Positions 48,096-58,000 of a DNA stretch of 64,000 bases are shown here, piece after piece (positions within the stretch are counted from its first letter, which is position 1; every line of letters starts with the position of its first letter). Source of the stretch: Trueperaceae bacterium (GTDB lineage Bacteria > Deinococcota > Deinococci > Deinococcales > Trueperaceae); contig OZ243927.1 of the NCBI GenBank assembly GCA_965213925.1, positions 2,176,001 through 2,240,000 of the forward strand. Direction: 5' to 3'. The position numbers were made by a program, and so were the translations under genes. The notes beneath the pieces are model-generated. The model worked only from the letters and a program-made list of their open reading frames with translations, was not told the DNA's origin and made no database searches.

Positions 48096-49169
48096 GTGGC
48101 GGATAAAGTAAGAGTCGGCATTCTCGGCGCGAGCGGCTACGGTGGTGCGGGCCTCTTGCGGCGCTTAGCGGTTCATCCGCAGGTGGAGGTGACAAGCGTT
48201 GCCTCGAGGCAATTCATCGACCAGAACGTCAGCGCGTGTTGGCCGCAACTCGTCGGGCACTTTCCTTTAACCTTCCAGGATAACGACGCCGTGATCGAAT
48301 CTTGTGACGTGCTCTTCTGCGCCACCCCGCACGGCGCAACGGCACCTCTTGTCAAACAGGCACTGGACGCAGGCTGCAAAGTCATCGACCTCTCCGCTGA
48401 CTTCCGCTTGCCACCGGACGAGTACGCCCACTGGTACGGCGAGCATCCCCACCCTGAGCTTTACGAACGCGCGGTGTACGGTCTCGTTGAGCTTCACCGC
48501 GACGAGTTGAGGGGGGCGGAGCTTGTCGCGAATCCGGGGTGCAACTCATCGGCTGCCATCCTCGCCCTCGCACCGCTTGCCGCGCACGGGCTGTTAGGAC
48601 GCGGTACAGTCATCAGCAACGCTTCGGGCGTGTCGGGGGCGGGGCGCAGTCCGAGTTTGGGGCTGCACTACCCTGAACTCAACGAGGACATGAGACCGTA
48701 CAAAGTTGCGGGGACGCACCGCCACACCGCCGAAATCGAGGCGACGTTGGGACGGGTACAACACATGGGACGGCATCTGAAGACGCACGAGGCGTTCGAC
48801 AAGCCAATTGTAACGCTTTCGCCGCATCTCGTTCCGATGACGAGAGGTATTTTAGCGACCTGCCATACGAGACCCGAGGAGACAGATAGACCTCTTAGCA
48901 ACGAGAGTTTGCTCGAGCTTTACGGGTCTTTCTATCAAAATGAACCGCTCGTCAGCGTGCAGACGGACTTGCCGCAAACCAAGGCGGTCTATGGAGGTGA
49001 CAGATGCGTCCTCAGTGTGCGCTATGACGAGCGAAGTGGGCACATCGTGGCGATGGCGGTCATCGACAACTTGGGTAAGGGCGCGGCGGGGCAAGCGGTG
49101 CACAACTTCAACCTGATGATGGGTTTCGAGGAGACGCTCGGGCTTTTTACGCAGGGGGTGTGGCCATGA
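48096..49169 (+). CDS. argC: N-acetyl-gamma-glutamyl-phosphate reductase
   Basis: GASGYGG, DLSADFR, ANPGC, SGVSGAGR, DNLGKGAAGQA. Confidence 0.93.
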   Translation: MADKVRVGILGASGYGGAGLLRRLAVHPQVEVTSVASRQFIDQNVSACWPQLVGHFPLTFQDNDAVIESCDVLFCATPHGATAPLVKQALDAGCKVIDLSADFRLPPDEYAHWYGEHPHPELYERAVYGLVELHRDELRGAELVANPGCNSSAAILALAPLAAHGLLGRGTVISNASGVSGAGRSPSLGLHYPELNEDMRPYKVAGTHRHTAEIEATLGRVQHMGRHLKTHEAFDKPIVTLSPHLVPMTRGILATCHTRPEETDRPLSNESLLELYGSFYQNEPLVSVQTDLPQTKAVYGGDRCVLSVRYDERSGHIVAMAVIDNLGKGAAGQAVHNFNLMMGFEETLGLFTQGVWP

Positions 49170-50314
49170 GTATACCTATGAGGTTACCGAAAGGATTTCG
49201 CGGGGCGGGCGTGGCGACGGGCATCAAGGCGTCGGGTAAGCCGGACTTGGCGCTTATCGCTGGACAGGTCGGGCTGAGCTGGGCACTAGCTTCGACGACA
49301 AACACGCTTAAAGCGCCCTTTGTGACGCGAAATGCTCAGCGTTATGGATCGGGTGAAGAGGTTCGCGCGGTTGCGATCAGCAGCGGCAACGCGAACTGCG
49401 CGGCGCAAGGGGACGTGGCGGCGAACGAGGCGTTCGTGGCGGCGGTGGCGAAGAGGTTGGGGGTTGTCTCTCAAGAGGTCTTGACGCTAAGCACCGGCGT
49501 CATCGGTCACGCTCTGCCTGTGGGTAAGATCGAGGCGGCACTCCCGAACGTGGCGCTTTCGGGAGAGGTAGAACCCATCGCCGCAGCGATTCTCACCACT
49601 GACCTTGTACTCAAAACGGCTGAGGTCGAACTGGGGGGCGGCGCACGGGTCGTCGGCGTCGCCAAAGGCTCCGGTATGATTCACCCGAACATGGCGACGA
49701 TGCTGGCGTTTGTTCTAACAGATGCCGACGTGCCGCAAGCCGACCTGCGCGAAGTGTGGGCTGAGGTCGTCAACGGGAGTTTCAACCAAGTGACGGTGGA
49801 CGGGGACACGTCGCCCAACGACACGGCGCTCTTACTCTCGAGCCAGCAAACCCTAGCCGATACGGAAGAGGTCACAGGGGCGCTCCTCAGCGTCTGCCAG
49901 GATTTGGCGAAACAGATCGCCAGGGACGGTGAAGGGGCGACGAAGCTCCTTACCGTTCAAGTGACGGGGGCAAAAGATGTAGAAGAAGCGAGGCGGGCGG
50001 CTAGGGCGGTTGTCCTCAGCCCTTTGGTCAAAGCGGCGGCGCACGGCAACGACCCGAACTGGGGGCGCATTTTAAGTTCTGTAGGCGCAACAGGCGTGGC
50101 ACTCGACCTCGCTAAACTCTCCATTCGTGTGCAAGGTCAAGAGGTTTATTGCGGCGAGGCTCGAGCATTTGACGCGGAGGAGGTCTCCCGTAAGATGGAC
50201 GCGCCCGACCTCTCCATTGAGGTTGACTTAGGCGTAGGTGAAGCAGCAGGGAAAGCGTGGGGTTGCGACCTCTCGGCGGACTACGTGCGGATCAACGCGG
50301 ACTATCACACGTGA
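49166..50314 (+). CDS. argJ: Ornithine acetyltransferase
   Basis: SGNAN, STGVIG, TTD, AKGSGMIHPNMATML, DGDTSPND, DGEGATK, DPNWGR. Confidence 0.95.
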   Translation: MSIPMRLPKGFRGAGVATGIKASGKPDLALIAGQVGLSWALASTTNTLKAPFVTRNAQRYGSGEEVRAVAISSGNANCAAQGDVAANEAFVAAVAKRLGVVSQEVLTLSTGVIGHALPVGKIEAALPNVALSGEVEPIAAAILTTDLVLKTAEVELGGGARVVGVAKGSGMIHPNMATMLAFVLTDADVPQADLREVWAEVVNGSFNQVTVDGDTSPNDTALLLSSQQTLADTEEVTGALLSVCQDLAKQIARDGEGATKLLTVQVTGAKDVEEARRAARAVVLSPLVKAAAHGNDPNWGRILSSVGATGVALDLAKLSIRVQGQEVYCGEARAFDAEEVSRKMDAPDLSIEVDLGVGEAAGKAWGCDLSADYVRINADYHT

Positions 50315-50324
50315 GCATCCTTTG

Positions 50325-50572
50325 ATACGGATTCCGATTGATTCGCTATGTTAGCGAATCAATTCGAGCGCAGCGAGTAAGAAGAAATATAGCAGTTCAC
50401 ATAAGCACTGAGCTTGAATCACGCAAGTATCATTTCCAAACGTGCGCGCTAGACTGCGTTCCCTCTTCTCGGATTGGCTCAAACCAAATGATACTTGCTA
50501 TATACGGATGGAGCGGTGTGGACTGTCACCGAGGCTTTTTCTCGGTGATAGGGCACTAAGCGGGATCCGTAT
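50325..50572. repeat. Deinococcus SRE/SNR-like repeat interrupted by the 115-bp element
   Basis: Ends ATACGGATTCCG / CGGGATCCGTAT; internal hairpins at about 50336-50364 and 50524-50550. Confidence 0.75.
50388..50502 (-). mobile_element. 115-bp MITE-like element, subfamily A copy 3
   Basis: Exact reverse complement of 9250-9364. Confidence 0.9.
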
Positions 50573-50611
50573 GACCTCTCGAAGAGGGTATGGAGCCCTC
50601 TCTAGCAGGTT

Positions 50612-50718
50612 ATATAGATTCCGGGTGAATCCACTGCAAAATGCATTCGCACCCCTGCGTTACTCACCGGCATCCGTCGCTGTTTCAACTCGCTATGCTC
50701 GTTTGCTGGAGCCCGCAT
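50612..50718. repeat. SRE/SNR-like repeat, degenerate ends
   Basis: Reverse complement shares GCGAGT.GAAACAGCGACGGATGCCG..GTAACGCAGGGGTGCGAA with 40521-40621. Confidence 0.7.
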
Positions 50719-51686
50719 TACGCTCGTAGCAACACCGCTCGCGCCGCCGCATCGTCCGTCACGAGCACATCCGTGTAGCCGCCGCGCAGGGCACCTAAAA
50801 TAGCTTGCGCTTTCCCCAAACCGCCCGCAACGGTGACGACTTCGCGCACGTCTCGCAGCGTCTCTAACCCGATCGTGATCGCCCGCTCGTTAAAGAGCGT
50901 GTCGGTGAGGGTTCCGTCTTCATCAAAGAACTGAGCGCACATGTGCCCGACTGCGCCGCTAGCGCTGAGGCGCTCCAAGTCCGCCTTACTCAAGTAGTCC
51001 GCAAAGATGAGCCCCGCCGCACTAGGCGTCAGAGGGCTCACGCCCATCAAAATCACGTCCGCTTGGCGGGCAATTTGTAAGAGGTCTTTGACGAGCGGCT
51101 CCTGTGTGAGTAGCGCGCGCGTCCGCGCGCTCTCGACCATCAAAGGCGCGTGGAGGTAGCGGTACGCCCCGCCGTAGAGGTTGGCGAGTTGCCGCGCCAA
51201 GTCGGGACCGTCTTGCAGAGGATTACCCGAGCCCAACGCGCCGATAACTTGAAGGACGACGATGTCGGCGAGGCTCTTAGACTTGACACGCTGCACGACG
51301 CTCGCCACCGAGCGCCCATACGAGACACCCACGATCATCCCGTCCGTAACGACCTCGTCTAAATAGCTCGCCGCGAGCTGCCCCATCCCGCCGATGACCT
51401 CACCCTCTGAACGTCCAAAACTGCGCAGCACGCGCGCTTCTTTGAGGTCGAAGTGCGCCTTGAGTTCTCGTTCCAGCAAGCTGTCCCTCGCCAGACTGTA
51501 GTCGATCGAAATCTGTACGACGCCGCGCGCTCTGGCTTCTTGTAAGAGCCTAGAGACCGTCGAGCGCGAGGTGCCGACCCGCCGCCCGATTTCGGCTTGG
51601 GTGCGACCCTCTTCGTAGTAGAGCATGGCGACCTCGATGAGGAGGGCTAAGTCGTTGGGGTTGGTTAAGGTGTCGGTCCGGGTCAT
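50718..51686 (-). CDS. SorC/DeoR-family sugar-binding regulator
   Basis: AMLYYEEGRTQAEI..SRSTVSRLLQEAR, GVSYGRS, VAGG..KA.AILGALRGG..LVTD. Confidence 0.92.
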   Translation of the reverse strand: MTRTDTLTNPNDLALLIEVAMLYYEEGRTQAEIGRRVGTSRSTVSRLLQEARARGVVQISIDYSLARDSLLERELKAHFDLKEARVLRSFGRSEGEVIGGMGQLAASYLDEVVTDGMIVGVSYGRSVASVVQRVKSKSLADIVVLQVIGALGSGNPLQDGPDLARQLANLYGGAYRYLHAPLMVESARTRALLTQEPLVKDLLQIARQADVILMGVSPLTPSAAGLIFADYLSKADLERLSASGAVGHMCAQFFDEDGTLTDTLFNERAITIGLETLRDVREVVTVAGGLGKAQAILGALRGGYTDVLVTDDAAARAVLLRA

Positions 51687-51688
51687 AT

Positions 51689-52927
51689 TTAGGTAACCCT
51701 GAGTATAACGCGGTGCGCCTCGTCTGCGTAAGGAAAGTCTGTTTTAGCGATTTGCGCCGCTAAAACAGGGTCGGGTACGGCGTCTTGCCTTGTTCGGTTG
51801 CGGACGAAGAGGTCGGTGACAGAAGGTTGCAGCGCTACGAGCGTCGTCAGCGCGCCGTAGTCGAAACCGAGAGCTAAGACCGCGCTGCGCTGGTTTCTAG
51901 TCAAACTCGTTGCGTCCCATACAACCTGCTCTTTATTACGTAAATGCGCTTTTAGCTGCGCCTTCGCGTTCTGCAATACCTGACCGTTCTTGCTCTGGTC
52001 GCCGCGCTCGCCCGTCAGGTTTTCGCGGATATCGTCGAGTGAAATAACGTGGAACTCCGGCAGATGCTCCGCTATCCAACTGCTCTTACCCGCGCCGCTC
52101 GGACCGCACATGACGGCGAGGTGTGCGAACCCCTCACGGAAAGGGTAGCCCCGCGCCACTGCTTCGTGCGGCGTAGAGATGAGCCCCGCCTCTGCGTCTA
52201 AAATGCCTCTTTGCAGCGTGACCTCGCGTGTTTTTAGGTCGAACGTATTCATTTCGGCGTCTACGACCTCTTGCCAGTGCGCGTAGGGGTCGCTCACGCT
52301 CACCTTCCAAACGCCGACCTCTTGCGCGAGGAGCTTGAACAGCTCCAGCGTATCCAACTGCTCCTCTAAATCTTTCGCTAAGCGACCCCTCAAGTCGGCG
52401 CGCTCGAGCCAGTACACCAGTTCCAAATCTACGAGCCGCGCTAGACGTCTATACGCAGAGTCGGGCGCGTCGTTCATCACCAACCGCTTAGGGTCATGAT
52501 GGTGTCCGACGAGCGCCATCACACCGTTTATTTCAGCAGGGGAGAGGTCAAGCTCAGGCAGTCGGTATGCCAAATATGAGCGTCCTCTATCCGCGTGGCG
52601 CGGCGAGACGGTGCGCTCTTGACCCCCAATCAAGCTGGTGCGCGTCGTCAAGGGTTTACCGGTGTCGTGGAGCATCGCGCCCAGGACAAGGATGGTGCGT
52701 TTTTCGGGAGAGAGGTGCGCGGCTTCAGTTTGGAGGAGGTTGTAGACTTGCCCCAACACCAACGCTGTATGAGTCTCTACGTTCCCTTCGCCGTGCCACT
52801 TGGGGTCTTGCGGCGTAGCGTGCAACTCGCCGAGTAGAGGGAATACAGCGCCCAACACCTCTTTGAACGTCTGAAAGTCCGGCGTTTTACCCTGTTTGAT
52901 AGCGTCGATGAGTAATGCTGGTGTCAC
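51689..52927 (-). CDS. HD phosphoesterase fused to P-loop polynucleotide kinase-like domain
   Basis: WHGEGNVETHT, LHDTGK, HH, AD..GR; GPSGAGKS, SLDDIR, VVWDAT. Confidence 0.85.
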   Translation of the reverse strand: MTPALLIDAIKQGKTPDFQTFKEVLGAVFPLLGELHATPQDPKWHGEGNVETHTALVLGQVYNLLQTEAAHLSPEKRTILVLGAMLHDTGKPLTTRTSLIGGQERTVSPRHADRGRSYLAYRLPELDLSPAEINGVMALVGHHHDPKRLVMNDAPDSAYRRLARLVDLELVYWLERADLRGRLAKDLEEQLDTLELFKLLAQEVGVWKVSVSDPYAHWQEVVDAEMNTFDLKTREVTLQRGILDAEAGLISTPHEAVARGYPFREGFAHLAVMCGPSGAGKSSWIAEHLPEFHVISLDDIRENLTGERGDQSKNGQVLQNAKAQLKAHLRNKEQVVWDATSLTRNQRSAVLALGFDYGALTTLVALQPSVTDLFVRNRTRQDAVPDPVLAAQIAKTDFPYADEAHRVILRVT

Positions 52928-52932
52928 AGAAG

Positions 52933-53562
52933 TTACGTTTCCCTAAGTTTGTTCGGCACGACCGCGCGGTGCATCCAGTGTTCATCCGTCTGCACGTGGC
53001 TCGCTCTCACCCACTTGGCGACGGAACGCCCGAACGCACCGTAAGAGAAAGAGGTTGCCAATCTGACGACGTAGCCTTCTTGCTTTGTGGGGTCTAAGCT
53101 CACGGATTTTAAGACCTCTTCATTCCATAGTCCTTGGTAGAAAACACGGGGCAGCTCGAGCCCCAACCGCGCTGCCCAACGCCTCGTGTCGTCCCAAGTC
53201 AGACACTGGTTCGACTCATCCCATACCGAAAAGAGAATGAAGTAGCTCGGCAAGTCCTCATAGTGAAGCGAATGCTGCGCGTAGAGGTTCTCGCCGCAGA
53301 GCCGCCAACCACTCGGGATGTCGTGGGCGACCCTAGCGTGCAGGGCTTTAATCCAGGTTCTGGAGGGGTGATGCTTAGAGTTCAAGCTGCGCGCGTGCAA
53401 ACCGTCGGAATAGAGTGTCGTATTCTCGCCGTCGTATTTCTCAGTGATAATGACTTCTCGACCTCCGAAAGCGTACGTGTCCACGAGGTAGGTGTCACCG
53501 CCCGATGCGCCCGGCGACCAGGGAAGATGCGGCGTGCGCGGGTATTTGTAGCGTTGTGTCAT
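52933..53562 (-). CDS. ATP-dependent RNA ligase family protein
   Basis: KYPRTPHLPWSPG, motif I TEKYDGEN, LCGEN, FILFSV, EGYVVR, AKWV; start ATG 53562. Confidence 0.88.
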   Translation of the reverse strand: MTQRYKYPRTPHLPWSPGASGGDTYLVDTYAFGGREVIITEKYDGENTTLYSDGLHARSLNSKHHPSRTWIKALHARVAHDIPSGWRLCGENLYAQHSLHYEDLPSYFILFSVWDESNQCLTWDDTRRWAARLGLELPRVFYQGLWNEEVLKSVSLDPTKQEGYVVRLATSFSYGAFGRSVAKWVRASHVQTDEHWMHRAVVPNKLRET

Positions 53563-53659
53563 GGGATGACCTCTAAAAGGAACGGTGCAAAGAGATAAAC
53601 TCACTGCTTGTGAAGTCGGCGCATTGAGCGCTTTAGACGCTCAACATGCAGCCCCGAGT

Positions 53660-54601
53660 TCACTTCAACCAGAATTTGTCATGGGGTAGCGGGTTTCCGG
53701 CGGTGTAGGCGTCTAGCTCGAACACGCCGAGTATCTCCATCACCCGCCGCTCCTCCTCCGGCGTCACCTTGTCCTGCCACTTCTTGATGAGGTAGTCGCG
53801 TTCGTACGCGCCGCTGAGCATCTGCTGCGTTTTCTCATCTGACTTGTACGTCGACTTGGACCTCACGTGAAGTTGCTCTTCCATGAGGTGCGGCGCGGGC
53901 AGCTCGAGCTTGCACGCGAGTTCTCTAAGCACCGGGGCGGGGTCTACAACGAGCTGTTCGTAAGAAGCGACGACCCAGTCGTCCGCTGCGTGTTTGAGGG
54001 GCACGGCCATCTGAAAACACCACGACAGCGTCGCGCGTTCGAGGTGCGACCCCGAGCGAACGATCTTTTCGGCGAACGCCAACTGCTGGTCCGTAAAGTG
54101 CTCTTTATAGTCGCTCGTCATAAAGGCGTCTAAGCGCCACAGCTCTTTGCGCGAAAGGCTCACCGCGATGGGGTGTCGCAGCAACAGAACGACGCGCCCA
54201 TTAAAGGTGTCGCGAAACCAGTTAATCCTATCCTCGCCGCCGTGAAGCATTTTGAAGACGATGCGCCGCGTCAGGAAGCGGTAGTGCTTGTTGTGCCGGA
54301 AGTTCGTGTCCTTAAAGTGCAGCTTGCCGCTGCATATATCCCCGAAGTAAGCCTGCAGCGCCGCTTCTGCTCGCTCACCGTGGAGCCCTTGCCAACTGCT
54401 GATTCCTAAACGGTCTCTGATTCGCTTCTGTTTGAGGTTGAGCGGCTCGTCGATCGCCTTGAAGGTCGGCTGACTTAAAACAAGCTCCGCGAGCCAGGTC
54501 GAGCCGCCGCGCGGCATGGCGAAGACGAAGACGTTAGGCGAACCGTCAGGTCTGTGAATATTCATGGCGGACTTTACAAGGCGTTTCAACGTTTCGTTCA
54601 T
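53660..54601 (-). CDS. Sulfotransferase-like protein, paralog 1
   Basis: 5'-PSB loop PRGGSTWL, DEP, RHPIAVSLS, YEQLVVDP, KKWQ. Confidence 0.8.
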   Translation of the reverse strand: MNETLKRLVKSAMNIHRPDGSPNVFVFAMPRGGSTWLAELVLSQPTFKAIDEPLNLKQKRIRDRLGISSWQGLHGERAEAALQAYFGDICSGKLHFKDTNFRHNKHYRFLTRRIVFKMLHGGEDRINWFRDTFNGRVVLLLRHPIAVSLSRKELWRLDAFMTSDYKEHFTDQQLAFAEKIVRSGSHLERATLSWCFQMAVPLKHAADDWVVASYEQLVVDPAPVLRELACKLELPAPHLMEEQLHVRSKSTYKSDEKTQQMLSGAYERDYLIKKWQDKVTPEEERRVMEILGVFELDAYTAGNPLPHDKFWLK

Positions 54602-54887
54602 GATCACCGTTCTATTCATAAGGTCGTGGTTTCGGCAACCGCTACAAACTCTCGGCTGAGCCGTTTGGTCTAAGCCGGAAGACGCGGCGCGCGTGCAGCA
54701 GCCAACGTCACCACTGAGCTTGTACCGCGCGGACATCAGCTTCTGATGCGCGCGGGCGTCCTCTCAAGCGATAGCTCAAACCAGATCTTACTCGCCAGGG
54801 TGCTCTTTGCGCTCGTAATTTGCTCACGCTTAGCGGCGGGACGTTGCCGCTGAGCCGCGCAGCCCTACTCGTGGCGCAGCTAAACGC

Positions 54888-55829
54888 CTACCGTATCCAG
54901 AGTCGCCGATTGGGTAAGGCGTCGCCGGCGCTATAGGTATCTAGCTCGAAGCAGGCGAGTATCTCCATCACCCGCCGCTCCTCCTCCGGCGTCACCTTGT
55001 CCTGCCACTTCTTGATGAGGTAGTCGCGTTCGTACGCGCCGCTGAGCATCTGCTGCGTCTTCTCGTCTGACTTATAGGTTGAGTTAGAGGCGACGTGTAG
55101 CTGCTCTTCCATGAGGTGCAGCGCGGGCAGCTCGAGCTTGCGCGCGAGTTCTCTAAGCACCGGGGCGGGGTCTACGACGAGCTGCTCGTAAGAGATCACC
55201 GCCCAGTCATCCGTCATCTGTTTGAGCGGCACCGCGACCTCGAAGCACCAGTGCAGCGTCGCGCGTTCGAGGTGCGACCCCGAGCGGACGATCTTTTCGG
55301 CGAACGCCAACTGCTGGTTCGTAAAGTGCTCTTTATAGTCGCTCGTCATAAAGGCGTCTAAGCGCCACAGCTCTTTGCGCGAAAGGCTCACCGCGATAGG
55401 ATGACGGACTAAAAACACGATGCGCCCATTAAAGGTGTCGCGAAACCAGTTGATCCTGTCGCCGCCGCCGCGAAGCATTTTGAAGACGATGCGCCGCGTC
55501 AGGAAGCGGTAGTGCTTGTTGTGCCGGAAGTTCGTGTCCTTAAAGTGCAGCTTGCCGCTGCATATACCCTCAAAATAGGTGTGTAGCGCCGCCGTTGCCG
55601 ACTCGTCGTAGAGCGCTTGCCAACTATAAATGCCGGAGCGGTTTCTGATCTTTTCGTATTCGAGGTTGAGCGGCTCGTCGATCGCCTTGAAGGTCGGCTG
55701 ACTCAAAATAAGCTCCGCGAGCCAAGTCGAGCCGCCGCGCGGCGTCGCGAAAACGAAGACGTTGGGCGAACCGTCGGGTTTATGGAGATTTGTTGCGAAC
55801 TTGATGAAATTTTTGAGAGGCTCTTGCAT
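54888..55829 (-). CDS. Sulfotransferase-like protein, paralog 2
   Basis: Same motifs and same 313-aa length as paralog 1. Confidence 0.8.
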   Translation of the reverse strand: MQEPLKNFIKFATNLHKPDGSPNVFVFATPRGGSTWLAELILSQPTFKAIDEPLNLEYEKIRNRSGIYSWQALYDESATAALHTYFEGICSGKLHFKDTNFRHNKHYRFLTRRIVFKMLRGGGDRINWFRDTFNGRIVFLVRHPIAVSLSRKELWRLDAFMTSDYKEHFTNQQLAFAEKIVRSGSHLERATLHWCFEVAVPLKQMTDDWAVISYEQLVVDPAPVLRELARKLELPALHLMEEQLHVASNSTYKSDEKTQQMLSGAYERDYLIKKWQDKVTPEEERRVMEILACFELDTYSAGDALPNRRLWIR

Positions 55830-56183
55830 GACGTATGGCTCCGTTGATCGGCTACGTGGTTTCTCACATGACCGCTAGATTAGATAAAGCTTACCTCGAG
55901 CCGCCCGGCTAAAATTCTCACTGCGCACAGCCGCGCGCTTTCCCTGTAGAACCTCTGCCGAGGGTAAAACCGCGCTAAACCTGTGTGGGAGGCAGTCGAG
56001 CAGCGTACGCGTCAGGGGATACTTTTGTATTCCCGATTTAGATTAAAGCGAGGTTAAGACGAAACATGACTTTGCCTCACAGACTTCACCGCCTTCATGA
56101 GAGAGACTCATAGCGGGTGGGTAAGCTTATAGCTAAGATTGCAGGGCTATCCCTAAATAGGACAATCTAAGAGGAGTGACATA

Positions 56184-57944
56184 GTGAACGCGAGACGACT
56201 ATTTCTTTCGCTAGGCGTGATGGCGCTGCTAGGTTTCGGCGCGTTTAGTGTGGTCGGAACGGGCGCAGTTACCGCGCAACAAACGGGCGGCCAGAGCGGC
56301 GAACAGACGAGCGCGCAGAGCACGTCGCCGGACGGCGGGCTTTTGGAGTACGAGCAGAATACAGTCAGTGTGGTCGAAGAGTATGGTCCGAGCGTGGTGT
56401 CGGTCAACGTGACCGCGCGGGGGCAGCAGGTCACCAACCCTTCACTGCCCGAGAACCTGCCCGATGACTTTTTAGAGCAGCTCCCCCCGCAGTTCCGCGA
56501 GTTTTTTGACCAGCTTCCGGGGCAGCCTGGGCAGGGTCAGCAGCCGCAACAGCCGCAGCCCGTCGAGGGCGCAGGCAGTGGTTTCGTGATCGACGAGCAG
56601 GGGCGCATCATCACGAACTACCACGTGGTGCGCGCCGCCTTGCAAGACGGTAGCGTGAACCTCACCGAAGGTTCCGAAGTCACGGTGACGTTTCCCAGCA
56701 ACGACGAGGCGTACCCGGTGCGCGTCGTGGGCGCGAACGCGCTTTACGATCTGGCGCTTTTAGAACTGCAAAATCCTGACGAGTTGCCAGAGAGCGTCAC
56801 GAGCGTCCCGCCGATCCCCTTCGCCAACTCGGACGAGCTGAGTATCGGTCAGAAGTCCATCGCCATCGGCAACCCCTTCGGCTTTAACTCATCCGTGACC
56901 ATCGGCATCGTCTCGGGCGTGGGGCGCAGTTTGCCAGGTGTTGGCGAGGCGGACATTCCCCTGATCCAAACCGACGCGGCGATCAACCCCGGCAACTCGG
57001 GTGGTCCGCTTCTGAACTCGAGGGGTGAACTCATCGGCGTGAATACCGCCATCATCCCCGGGCAAGGCGGCGGTTTAGGACAGCGGGGCAACATCGGCAT
57101 CGGCTTCGCGGTGCCTAGCAACCTCTTGCAGAGCAGCTTGGCGCAGTTGGAGTCGGGCGGCGTCACCGACCTCTCGACGCGGGCGCGGCTCGGCGCGAGC
57201 ATCGCCAGCGTCGACGTCTACCCCGACAGCGTTCGCCAGGAGCTGAATTTGCCCGAAGAGGGCGTGGCGCTCCTAGAGGTTGCGCCGGGCAGCGCAGCCG
57301 AGAGAGCCGGCCTGCAGGGCGGTCAGTTCGAAGTCACGGTGGACGGTCAGCCCATCCCGGCGGGCGGCGACGTGATTCTCTCCGTAGACGGTCAAGAGGT
57401 CTCGAGTTCGGGTGAACTGCAGCGGCTTATCTTCGCGCAAGAGGAGGGCGACACCGTCGAGCTGCGCATCTGGCGCAACGGCGAAGAGATGACCGTGCCC
57501 GTCACGCTCTCCGTGGTGCCGCAGGAGAGGCAGGCGCAAGCGCCTCAAGAGGACACGGGCGGCGCAGCTGAGCAACCTTCGGGTCCGCGCCTAGGCGTCG
57601 GCATCTTCGACGTGCAAAACTATCCTGAAGGGGTGCGTAGCAGCTTAGGCTTGCCCGACCAAGGCGTCGCCGTGACCGCCGTGCAGCCGGGCAGCCCTGC
57701 CGAGCAAGCCGGGCTGCAAGCGGGCGAATTCACAGTCGACATAGACGGTGAAGCTGTGCCCGTGGGCGGCGACATCATCCTCGCGGTGAACGGTCAAGAG
57801 GTGACGACGCCGCAGGAGCTTCAGCAGGTCATCTCGAGCCAAAGCGCAGGCGACACGGTCGACTTGAGAATCTTACGCGACGGCGAAGAGCAAACGGTCC
57901 AAGCGACGCTCGCCGCACCCGAGGGTCAGGGCGGCAATAACTAA
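56184..57944 (+). CDS. HtrA/DegP-family serine protease with two PDZ domains
   Basis: GSGF, TNYHVV, DLA, QTDAAINPGNSGGPL; two similar PDZ units (GSAAERAGL / GSPAEQAGL, GGD.IL). Confidence 0.93.
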   Translation: MNARRLFLSLGVMALLGFGAFSVVGTGAVTAQQTGGQSGEQTSAQSTSPDGGLLEYEQNTVSVVEEYGPSVVSVNVTARGQQVTNPSLPENLPDDFLEQLPPQFREFFDQLPGQPGQGQQPQQPQPVEGAGSGFVIDEQGRIITNYHVVRAALQDGSVNLTEGSEVTVTFPSNDEAYPVRVVGANALYDLALLELQNPDELPESVTSVPPIPFANSDELSIGQKSIAIGNPFGFNSSVTIGIVSGVGRSLPGVGEADIPLIQTDAAINPGNSGGPLLNSRGELIGVNTAIIPGQGGGLGQRGNIGIGFAVPSNLLQSSLAQLESGGVTDLSTRARLGASIASVDVYPDSVRQELNLPEEGVALLEVAPGSAAERAGLQGGQFEVTVDGQPIPAGGDVILSVDGQEVSSSGELQRLIFAQEEGDTVELRIWRNGEEMTVPVTLSVVPQERQAQAPQEDTGGAAEQPSGPRLGVGIFDVQNYPEGVRSSLGLPDQGVAVTAVQPGSPAEQAGLQAGEFTVDIDGEAVPVGGDIILAVNGQEVTTPQELQQVISSQSAGDTVDLRILRDGEEQTVQATLAAPEGQGGNN

Positions 57945-57969
57945 GTCCAGATTCTTGTGTAGGTCAAAG

Positions 57970-58000
57970 AGGGGCGCACCGCCGGTGCGTCCCTATTTTT
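57970..58000. terminator. Intrinsic terminator between convergent genes
   Basis: AGGGGCGCACC-gcc-GGTGCGTCCCT followed by ATTTTT. Confidence 0.65.

Noticed and set aside
50338..50729. ORFs 50338-50559 and 50442-50729
   Set aside because: They are translations of the repeat and MITE stack
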